A DNA stretch of 64,000 bases. Origin: an uncultured delta proteobacterium. Lineage in GTDB: Bacteria > Desulfobacterota > Desulfobacteria > Desulfobacterales > SpSt-501. The stretch covers positions 68,734 to 132,733 of the forward strand of contig CAVOWH010000001.1 in assembly GCA_963700055.1 (NCBI GenBank), read 5' to 3'. Positions 36,710 to 45,317 of this stretch are shown piece after piece. The first letter of the stretch is position 1. The number at the start of each line of letters is the position of its first letter. The position numbers and the translations under genes were made by a program. A model generated the notes under the pieces. The model was given only the letters and a program-made list of their open reading frames with translations, was not told the origin of the DNA and searched no databases.

Positions 36710-37112
36710 GTTCGCGCTTGATGCAGCGGTCCATCACCACGTCGACGCCGGCGGCGGTGAGCAGTTTCGCCGCTTCATGGTTCTCGATTCCTTCCTGCAT
36801 CCAAAACACTTTGGGTTTCAGACGGAGGGCCTCATGGGCGTGCGGCAGCACCTGATCCGATCTGCGGAAAACGTCCACGATGTCCACCGGACCGAGGATA
36901 TCGTCCAAGGTGGCATAGGCTTTTTCGCCCAGGATTTCCTTCTGAGCCGGCCGCACGGGCAGGACACGGTAGCCGCGCTGCTGGAGATAGGCGGCCACCT
37001 GGAAGGAATCGCGGTCGGGCATGGGGCTTAAGCCGACGACGGCGATGGTTTTTGCCGCGGACAGGAGATCCTTGATATCATTATCCGCAGTCACGACTCT
37101 TCCGCTTTTCAT
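36690..37112 (-). CDS. CoA-binding domain protein (YccU/YneT-like)
   Basis: 140 aa with TIAVVGLSPMPDRDSFQVAAYLQQRGYRVLPVRP, typical of the CoA_binding_2 family. Confidence 0.85.
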   Translation of the reverse strand: MKSGRVVTADNDIKDLLSAAKTIAVVGLSPMPDRDSFQVAAYLQQRGYRVLPVRPAQKEILGEKAYATLDDILGPVDIVDVFRRSDQVLPHAHEALRLKPKVFWMQEGIENHEAAKLLTAAGVDVVMDRCIKREHARLGL

Positions 37113-37331
37113 GCGACCCCTCCTGGTTGCCGAGCCATCGTCAGGGTGCTATACATGTCCATTAAATCGATGCATGTATTTCGGTGGAGATTTTAATTCA
37201 CGGGTCCCAAGGTGTCAACCGTGCGGCCGTCGCATCAGGGGCTGGATTTTGAGGATGGGCGGCGGACCGCTCGATTTACACCCGCCGCGTGGCACCGGTC
37301 GGCAATCCCAAGTCTGCGAAGGTTTAATCGA

Positions 37332-40011
37332 ATGCAACCAAACCAAACGGCCTACCTTATCGACGGTTCTGCTTACATCCACCGCGCTTATCATGCCATC
37401 CAAGGGCTGGCCAATTCAAAGGGACTGCCGACCAACGCGGTTTTCGGCTTCACGCGCATGCTGATCAAGCTCATGGAGGAGCGCCGACCGGCGTATGCGG
37501 CAATGTTCTTCGATGCCCCGGGCACCACCTTCCGGCACGAGCTGTATAAGGCTTACAAGGCCAACCGTCCGCCGATGCCGGAGGACATGGCCGTCCAGAT
37601 TCCTTATATCAAGGAGATCGTCGCCGCCTACCGGCTGCCCGTAATCGAGATGGTCGGATACGAGGCGGACGATCTGATCGGCACGCTCTGCCGGAGCTTG
37701 GAAGGTCAAGGGTGGTCGGTGGTAATGGTCACCGGGGACAAAGATTTTTTTCAACTGGTCAGCCCGCAGGCCAGCCTCTGGGACCCGATGAAGGACATTC
37801 TGACCGATCTGGGCCGGGTGCGGGAAACCATGGGGGTTGAACCCCGGCAGGTCGCGGACGTCATGGGGCTGTCGGGCGACGCCGCGGACAACATCCCGGG
37901 AGTCCCCGGGATCGGACCGAAGACCGCCCTTGAGCTGATCCGGACCTTCGGCAGCCTGGAGGGCCTCTATGCGAAACTGGATACGCTGCCGCGCAAGAAA
38001 CAGCAGGAAAGCCTGCAAAATTATAAGGATCAGGCCTTCCTGAGCCGCCGGCTGGCGACGATCCATACCGATGCGCCGCTGTCCCTGCCGGCGCAGGATC
38101 TTCAAGTGGAAGAGCCCGACCCCCAAGCGCTTGCCGGCTTGTTCCGGACCCTGGAATTCCGGCAGTTGCAGCACGCCCTGCCGCATACCGGGGCGCGGCG
38201 TTCCAAGGATTACCGGCCAATTCTCGACGCCGCCGAACTCGCGGCGCTGGTCGACCGGCTGCAGACGGCCGGAGTCTTCGCGATCGACACCGAGACGACC
38301 TCGCCGGATCCCATGCGCGCCCAATTGGTCGGCCTGTCTTTTGCCGTCGAGGCCGACCGCGCCGTCTACATCCCCTGCGGCCACCGTTACCTCGGCGCCC
38401 CGCGGCAGCTCGAGCGGGCCTTGGTTTTAGACCAGCTGCGGCCGGTGTTGGATGACCCGCGGCTCCGCAAAGTCGGCCAGAACATCAAGTATGACTGGAT
38501 GGTGCTGGCGCGTCACGGGGTAAGCCTGCAGGGGGTTGCGTTCGACACCATGCTGGCTTCCTACCTTCTGGATCCCTCCAAGCGCGCCCACAACCTGGAT
38601 CAGATCGCCTTGGATTTTCTCGACCACAAGACCACGCGGTTCGAAGAATTGGTAGGCAAGCGCAAGGGCGCGCTTACGTTTGCCGAGGTGCCGTTGGAAG
38701 CGGCAGTGCCTTACGCCTGCGAGGATGCCGATATCACCCTTCTGGCTTACGAACGGCTCGCCCGCCGTCTGGAGGAGGTCGGCCTCATGCCGTTGATGGA
38801 AACCGTCGAGATGCCGCTCGTGCCCGTACTGCTGCGTATGGAGATGCGCGGGGTCGCGGTGGACACCGACCGGCTGCGCGCGCTGTCCAAGTCCCTGGAA
38901 CACCAGCTCGAGACGCTCCAGGCCGGCATCTTTGCGTTGGCCGGGGAGCGGTTTAACATCCACTCCGGCCAGCAGCTCGGTTCCATTCTATTTGAGAAAT
39001 TCAAGTTGCCGGTCCAAAAGAAAACCAAGAAAAAGACAGGCTACTCGACGGATGTGGACGTGCTGACGGTGCTGGCCGGTCTGCACGAGCTTCCGGCCTT
39101 GATTTTGAAGCACCGTACCCTGGCCAAACTCAAATCCACTTACGCCGACGCCCTCATTGACCTGGTGCATCCTGACACCGGGCGCATTCACACCTCCTAT
39201 CACCAGACGGTTACGGCCACGGGGCGGCTATCTCAGCTCGGACCCGAACCTGCAGAACATTCCCATCCGTACCGAGGAGGGGCGTGAAATCCGACGGGCG
39301 TTTGTGCCCCGCGCCGGATGGCGGCTGCTTTCCGCGGACTATTCGCAGATCGAGCTGCGCATCCTGGCCCACTGCTCGGAGGACGAGACCTTGATCCGCT
39401 CGTTCCGCGAGGACGAGGACATCCATACCCGCACGGCCGCGGAAGTTTTTCAGGTGGAAGCCGACCGGGTGACGGCCGAGCTGCGGCGCCAGGCCAAAGC
39501 GATCAACTTCGGCATCATCTATGGTATGAGCGCCTTTGGATTGGCGCGCCAGCTCGAGATCGGCCAGAAGATGGCCAAGACGTACATCGACAGCTACTTC
39601 GCCCGTTATCCCGGGGTCAAAGGCTTTCTGGACCGCACCATCGAAGAGGCGCGGCAGGCCCGCCGGACGAGCACGTTGCTGGGACGCATCCGCCTGCTGC
39701 CGGACATCACGAATTCCAACCCCATCATTCGGCAGGCTGCCGAGCGCACCGCCGTCAATACTCCGATCCAAGGCTCGGCAGCGGACCTGATCAAAGTGGC
39801 CATGATCCGCATCGATGAGGCGCTGGCGCGGGAGAGGTTCGAGGCCGCCATGCTGCTCACGGTGCACGACGAGCTCGTTTTCGAGGTCCCGCCGCATGAA
39901 GTGGATGCGGTCGGCCGGCGGGTCCAAGCCATCATGGAGGGCATCTGGGATCTGCGGGTGCCGCTCAAAGTGAATCTGGCCGTCGGCAGCAACTGGGCGG
40001 AGGCCCATTGA
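37332..40011 (+). pseudogene. polA: DNA polymerase I (polA), reading frame broken by a 1-nt insertion at about 39231..39234 (true frameshift or sequence error)
   Basis: Frame 1 (37332..39287) gives the 5-prime nuclease (AYLIDGSAYIHRAYH), 3-5 exo (FAIDTETTS) and polymerase up to TGRIHTSYHQTVTATGRLS. The invariant SSDPNLQNIPIRTEEGREIRRAF... continues to 40011 only in the next frame (track ORF 39157..40011). Confidence 0.9.
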
Positions 40012-40072
40012 TTCCGGCGGCGCGCGAAACCCCTTGACGGACGGAAGCGCCTGGCAGAGAAAAGCGTCGACC

Positions 40073-40303
40073 TCAGCGTCTTGCGGCCGGCGCTTTGGGT
40101 CCTGCAGCCGGTGCTCTTGGTTCAGGCACGGGAGCGGGCGGTGTTTCGGCTGGTTTGATATGGCGCTTCACCGTTTCTTCCACAGTGCGATAGATGCTCT
40201 GAAACGCCTCGGGGAAACCGCTGGGGGACAGCCGGCCGCATTCTATGAACTTGACCACGATTTCCTTGGCGGCTTTGAGAATGTTCTCGTCGATGGAGGC
40301 CAT
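40073..40303 (-). CDS. Hypothetical small protein (76 aa) with Pro/Ala-rich tail
   Basis: ORF with GC3 bias (MASIDENILKAAKEIVVKFIECGRLSP...). No motif recognised. Confidence 0.45.
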   Translation of the reverse strand: MASIDENILKAAKEIVVKFIECGRLSPSGFPEAFQSIYRTVEETVKRHIKPAETPPAPVPEPRAPAAGPKAPAARR

Positions 40304-40652
40304 GGGGTTCTCCTGCTGGCTGAGATGGCATGCTTCGGTGCGCTAACAAATCAAGCGCGGCGTGTCAAGCCGAGGGCCGTCTTCGCTCGCAGCCGGATGG
40401 CGGGAGGAAATGCAACGCTTATTTTGCGGCGGGGGGCGTTTGACATCGCCAGCCGCATCCATTATGTAAAACCTCGTTTTATGTCGAACCGGAGCTGTTG
40501 CTCCGGCTGGCGGCTGGTAACTAGGCACACCTTGAGTTGTTGTACTGCGCAGCGGCCGAAACCCCGTTGCGCCGATCGGCCCGATGGCCGAATTAAACCT
40601 GCTTGATCGTCGGAGCAATAACAAGGTTTATTCCGACCCCATAGTGGCAGCG

Positions 40653-41618
40653 ATGATAACACCTCAGCCGATTTGTTTTCGTAGAAGGCGTCAGGGTCCG
40701 ATCCTCATACTGGCGTTTTGCCTCGCTTTCTTCTCTTCCGCCTGCACCACCATCAGGGATACCGCCAAGGGTACCGTTCGGACGGTCAGCGAAACTTCCC
40801 GGAAGATGAGCAATGCCTTGACCGTGTCCGGCGACCTTAAACACAAGATCGCCCTGATCGGCGTTGAAAACCCGCCCCCAAAGAGCCCTTCTGGCTTCCA
40901 TGCCTTTTTTCAAAAGTCCCTGGCCGGATTTATCCAGAACGACTGCCGCAAAAGCATCGTGGATGAAGGGCTCGGCGAGCTCCTTCCCTCTCCGCCGCGA
41001 CTGGCTTCCGGACAGGTCGATGGTTACGCTCTGGCAGTCATCGGTCGGCCGAGAGGGTTGAACTTCTTCGTGATCGGCACCTTGAGCGACACCCGGTTGA
41101 TGGACGAGAAGACCGGCTTCTGGTTGTGGAAAGACACCCGCTATAAAATCCGCGCCGTGCTGAGAGTGGAAGTGATCGATTCGGCCACCGGCAGCAAGGC
41201 CATGGACGAGACCCTTTCCGATGAGGTGGTCATCGATGAGCTGCACTACCAGCAGCTGCAGGAGAGCGGCCCCTTGCCTTTCGGCGAGATCGAACCCATC
41301 CTGAACCGTCTGCTGCCGGAGGCCGGCTCCCGGTTATGCGCAGCGCTCGACCGCCAGCCATGGCAGGGGTTTATCGTGGGCACCGACGGAGGGCGGATCA
41401 CCATTTCCTCCGGCAGCGCCGTGGGTCTGTCCGTCGACAGGACGCTTGAGGTCTACGGCAGCGGGCGGGTGGTCGAGAGCAAAGGCGGGATGCGTTTCTT
41501 GCAACCAGGGGATCGTGTCGGCGATGCCCGGGTCGGCTCGGTGTCCTCCGATCAAGCCGAGGCCGTCTTCCGCCAGCCGGCCGTCCTCGGCCCAGGCGGC
41601 ACGGTGCGGCTAAAATGA
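40653..41618 (+). CDS. Putative lipoprotein
   Basis: Start at ATG 40653. MITPQPICFRRRRQGPILILAFCLAFFSSAC carries a lipobox-like FSSAC. Confidence 0.7.
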   Translation: MITPQPICFRRRRQGPILILAFCLAFFSSACTTIRDTAKGTVRTVSETSRKMSNALTVSGDLKHKIALIGVENPPPKSPSGFHAFFQKSLAGFIQNDCRKSIVDEGLGELLPSPPRLASGQVDGYALAVIGRPRGLNFFVIGTLSDTRLMDEKTGFWLWKDTRYKIRAVLRVEVIDSATGSKAMDETLSDEVVIDELHYQQLQESGPLPFGEIEPILNRLLPEAGSRLCAALDRQPWQGFIVGTDGGRITISSGSAVGLSVDRTLEVYGSGRVVESKGGMRFLQPGDRVGDARVGSVSSDQAEAVFRQPAVLGPGGTVRLK

Positions 41619-42623
41619 GGGGCAGGGCCGCTCCGATCCTAAGCGCAGATGCTCCAGCGCAGCTTCTCCCGACTGCTGGTAGGCATTGATCAACTCCAGG
41701 GCATCCGCCATCGAAGTGATGCGGCCGGCTGCCTTCCGCAGCTCGGCGCTGTTGAGCAGTCCCTTCCCAAACCATGCCAGGCGCGTGCGCATCAGCCGTG
41801 CCGTGCGTGCCTCCCCGAAACACTCAACGCTGGCCATGAGGTAACGGCGCATGACGGCGATGCGCTGGTTGAAATTCGGCACCGGCAGTGGCCGGCCCAC
41901 GAGGCAGCAGGCGACTTCGCTGAAAATAAATGGATAGCCGATGGCGTGCCGGCCGATCATCACGGCATCACAGCCGGTTTCGGCCATCATCCGCGCCGCA
42001 TCCGCTGCACTGCGGATGTCTCCGTTGCCGACGACCGGTATGCGCAGGCGCTGCTTGAGAGCGGCAATGAGCGCCCAGTCGGCCCGGCCGCTGAACTTTT
42101 GCGCCGCTGTCCGCGGGTGGAGGGTCAGCGCATCGACGCCGCAGGCTTCGGCCATGGCGCCGATGGCCAGTGCGTCCTGTCCGGTCCGTTCCCAGCCGCT
42201 TCTAATCTTGATCGTGAGCGGAATCCGCACCGCCTTGCGGACGGCCCGAAGCATGGCTTCGGCGCGCTGCGGATCGCGCATGAGTGTCACCCCCGCGCCG
42301 GCCCGGACGATCTTCCGGACGGCGCAGCCGAAATTGAGATCCACCACGTCCGCGCCGGAGGCTTCCGCGATCGCCGCCGCTTCGGCCATGACATCCGGCT
42401 CGGAGCCAAATAGCTGAACGGCGAGCGGCTTTTCCTGCGGAAGGCTGCGCAGAAGATCGAAGGTATTCGACGATCCGTGCACCAATCCGTCGGCGCTTAC
42501 CATTTCGGTGGTGACCAAGCCGCAGCCGGCCTCTCGGGCCAGCAGACGAAAAGGCAGGTTGGTGATTCCGGCCAGAGGCGCGAGGAGGGTGGGGCTTTCC
42601 AGCTGCAGAGAGGCGATTTTCAT
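41610..42623 (-). CDS. dusB: tRNA-dihydrouridine synthase B (Dus paralog 2)
   Basis: 337 aa with LLAPLAGITNLPFRLLAREAGCGLVTTEMVSA, DLNFGC and IKIRSGW, the DusB/NifR3 pattern. Confidence 0.9.
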   Translation of the reverse strand: MKIASLQLESPTLLAPLAGITNLPFRLLAREAGCGLVTTEMVSADGLVHGSSNTFDLLRSLPQEKPLAVQLFGSEPDVMAEAAAIAEASGADVVDLNFGCAVRKIVRAGAGVTLMRDPQRAEAMLRAVRKAVRIPLTIKIRSGWERTGQDALAIGAMAEACGVDALTLHPRTAAQKFSGRADWALIAALKQRLRIPVVGNGDIRSAADAARMMAETGCDAVMIGRHAIGYPFIFSEVACCLVGRPLPVPNFNQRIAVMRRYLMASVECFGEARTARLMRTRLAWFGKGLLNSAELRKAAGRITSMADALELINAYQQSGEAALEHLRLGSERPCPSF

Positions 42624-43493
42624 TTAAAGGCGCGGGTTGGCGTAACAATAAAGGCAACCATGCGAGCAGAGCTGCCGATCGTAAGAGCCGACGTCCGAGG
42701 ACCGCTGGCAGCCGCAGCCCGCCAAGCGGCGCTGGCCGGGGTCTCGCCGCCGCGATAGCCGGCCGCCGTAGAGTTCCATTAAAAGATCGTTCGGAATGCA
42801 GGCGGCCGGCGCGATTTTCGAATGGGGCGGCAGGACCTGCAACGTCTTGTTTTCGCAGCAGGTGGAAAGCCGGATGTGTCTGGCCGATAGCAGTCGCTCT
42901 AGATGGAGCAGGATGCCCACGCGCCGATCCTGCGCCGCCTCGACAAACCGAAAGCCCGGCCGGCGGGCGGTCCTCTGCGCGATTTTGGCATAGCAATCCA
43001 AGAAACTCGTCGTGCAGCGCCGGATGCCGGCGGCCGCGGCGGCATCCGCAATCCGTTCGGCGTCGCCGAGGTTGTCCCGGATGTCCGCGCCGTTCCAGCG
43101 GTAGTGGCAGATCGGATCCAGGCGCCAGTTGACGGCGTGCGGACCGAACTGGATGCAAAGCCGATGCAATTGCTCTAAGCGCCGGGGAAGCCCCGGCAGA
43201 TTCGGTTCCAGCAGCGGGTCCTCCGAGTTGATCGTGAACTGGAAATAGAGGTGGTATCCCATCTGCCTCAGGCGCTCGCCCCAGCCGGCATCCAGGAAGG
43301 GTCCGAAGTTCTTGGACCAGAAAACAATGGTGTGCACCGGAGGGGCGGTCGCCGGAATCCGGGTTGCCTGTCGGTTATACGGGTTCACCACTTCGAATTC
43401 ACCGTTGGCGATGCACGCCATGAACCAGGGCATGAAAAAAGCCGGAATATCGGAGCGGCGGGAGGCCGAAATAACGATCGAATCAGCCCTCAT
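42624..43493 (-). CDS. DUF1848-family protein with C-terminal CxxxCxxC motif
   Basis: ISASRRSDIPAFFMPWF N-terminus typical of DUF1848. C-terminal CSHGCLYCYANP. Its TAA stop abuts the dusB ATG (TAAATG). Confidence 0.85.
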   Translation of the reverse strand: MRADSIVISASRRSDIPAFFMPWFMACIANGEFEVVNPYNRQATRIPATAPPVHTIVFWSKNFGPFLDAGWGERLRQMGYHLYFQFTINSEDPLLEPNLPGLPRRLEQLHRLCIQFGPHAVNWRLDPICHYRWNGADIRDNLGDAERIADAAAAAGIRRCTTSFLDCYAKIAQRTARRPGFRFVEAAQDRRVGILLHLERLLSARHIRLSTCCENKTLQVLPPHSKIAPAACIPNDLLMELYGGRLSRRRDPGQRRLAGCGCQRSSDVGSYDRQLCSHGCLYCYANPRL

Positions 43494-43607
43494 GGCACCT
43501 GCGTTCTGGACTGCCGTCCGACGGTTGCGGAGAGCGGCGCTCGGTGCCGCCGGGTGCCCGGATTTCCGGCCGGCCGAGTGACCATGACCGCGAGGAACAG
43601 ACGGCGG

Positions 43608-43955
43608 CTATTTGTCCTTCTTGATTTCAGCGAAGGATATCACCTTGGCGCCGTTGGACTCCCTGGCGGGCGCCTTGATCGGCTGACCGGGGATGCCGGT
43701 GCTGGCGGGCTTAATAGGGCTCACGACTTTTTCTATCCGCATGCGCTTGCCGTTCATGGTAAACGGAGCCCCGTCGATATAGGCGTCCCGCAGAATCCAG
43801 GTTGCCACCTGCACCGGCATCTGAAGCATCAACAACGTGACGTGATACCAGCCGGGCTTGTGGTCCGGCTCGATGGACTCGATGCGTGCGAAAGAGAGGG
43901 GTTTGTCCTCAAAATGGATGAGGACCAGGTCTTTTTCAGCGGTTTTATTTTCCAT
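43608..43955 (-). CDS. Hypothetical protein (115 aa)
   Basis: Clean ORF with no recognisable motif. Confidence 0.55.
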   Translation of the reverse strand: MENKTAEKDLVLIHFEDKPLSFARIESIEPDHKPGWYHVTLLMLQMPVQVATWILRDAYIDGAPFTMNGKRMRIEKVVSPIKPASTGIPGQPIKAPARESNGAKVISFAEIKKDK

Positions 43956-44000
43956 AAGTCGCTTGAGGGTCCGTTGAACGAAGGTTGCTGGGACGGCGGC

Positions 44001-44717
44001 CTACTCCGGTATGCATTTTCTACGGCCGACCGCCAGGTCGTGGATCGGGATCAGGATGTCGGCGATTTGACGGATTTTTTGGATCGAGTCGTAGGCCTCC
44101 GCCAAGTTCATGTGCACCCCCGGGGCGACCGCCGGCCCCCGGGGTGGAAAATTTTTTTCGTTGCAGCAAAACCCCGTGATAACCGCGCGGCCTTTGGCGG
44201 TGTTGATGGCGACGGACTGGCCGCCCACCGTGTGCCCCGGCGAGAAAATCACGTCGATGCCATCCGCGATGCGGGCATCGCCCTCCAGCGTGACCACTTC
44301 GAGTCCATCCAAGATGTCGGGGTAATAGCGATGATCGACCGGATGGGGGTTTTTGAGAAATTCATACTCCGCTTTTTGCACGATGATTTTCGCGTTCGGG
44401 CACTTGCTGTCGTTCTCGCAGTGGTCGTTGTGCAGATGCGTATGGATGATGACGTCGATGGCCTCGGGTGTCAAGCCCTCGCTTTCCAGCGCCGCTTCGA
44501 ACTCCATCACTCTGAACCCGTACTTCTTCTCGACATCGGCCGGAACGACGAATTCGGCCAGCCCCGTGTCCACCAGAATGTTCTGGTCACCGCCCTTCAC
44601 GCAAAAGGCATAAATGGGCAGATAGATCCGTTTGCCGTAATCGCGCAGATAGGTCATGACCCCCTGGTCGGTTTCATTGATCCCCACCACCAGCGGATGA
44701 ACGGTGTATTCACGCAT
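44001..44717 (-). CDS. MBL-fold metallo-hydrolase (lactonase-like)
   Basis: HxHxDH motif (HTHLHNDHCEN) and the downstream SPGHTVGG. Confidence 0.88.
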   Translation of the reverse strand: MREYTVHPLVVGINETDQGVMTYLRDYGKRIYLPIYAFCVKGGDQNILVDTGLAEFVVPADVEKKYGFRVMEFEAALESEGLTPEAIDVIIHTHLHNDHCENDSKCPNAKIIVQKAEYEFLKNPHPVDHRYYPDILDGLEVVTLEGDARIADGIDVIFSPGHTVGGQSVAINTAKGRAVITGFCCNEKNFPPRGPAVAPGVHMNLAEAYDSIQKIRQIADILIPIHDLAVGRRKCIPE

Positions 44718-44802
44718 GGCAGACTCCCGCTCAAGTTTTTTGCGTTTGGGCCGATAGCGTTATAAACTAATTTCAGACCGACTGCAAAAAGAGGATTCGA
44801 AC

Positions 44803-45282
44803 ATGACACGCACATCCGTTCGCACCATCTCCATTTTCAGCCTGCTGGCCCTCATCTTGGCCGGCCTGGGCCCGCTGGCCGTCGCGGCCGGCCCATCCGC
44901 TCTCAAGATCTCCAAGGCTGCGGCTGCGCCCAGCGGGTCGCAGGACCCCGGCTACTGGTTTCAAAAAGGGGCCTTATGCGCCACCTACGGCAACAATCAG
45001 GCTGCGGTCACCTATTTCGGCAAGGCCATTACCCTGGATCCTAGTCATAGCGGGGCCTATTTTTCGCAAGGGATTTCGTACGGCCAGCTGGGAAATTACT
45101 CCAGAGCGATGGCCGCCATTAACCGGGCCATCGAGATGCAACCCGAGAACGGGCTATATTACTACGGGCGCGCACGGGTCTGCCTGCTTTCTGGGGAGAA
45201 GGAAAAAGCGCTGGCCGATTTCCGCAAGGCCGCCGATCTTGGCGACGAAGACGCCCAGGCCTATCTGAAGCGCGTGAAATAA
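44803..45282 (+). CDS. Secreted TPR-repeat protein
   Basis: Signal peptide plus about 3 TPR units (AVTYFGKAITLDPSHSGAYFSQGISYGQLGNYSRAMAAINRAIEMQP...). Confidence 0.85.
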   Translation: MTRTSVRTISIFSLLALILAGLGPLAVAAGPSALKISKAAAAPSGSQDPGYWFQKGALCATYGNNQAAVTYFGKAITLDPSHSGAYFSQGISYGQLGNYSRAMAAINRAIEMQPENGLYYYGRARVCLLSGEKEKALADFRKAADLGDEDAQAYLKRVK

Positions 45283-45317
45283 GCGGGCGCCAGACTACCC
45301 ATTTCCAATCAATATAT

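Noticed and set aside
40073-40349. Alternative overlapping minus-strand ORF 40122-40349 versus 40073-40303
   Set aside because: The 40073-40303 frame gives a balanced helical N-terminus, while the other frame is Arg/Pro/Gly-rich. Only the former is retained, at low confidence.
43251-44765. 504-aa plus-strand ORF
   Set aside because: It is antisense to the DUF1848, hypothetical and MBL-hydrolase genes, and crosses intergenic gaps without any coding signature.
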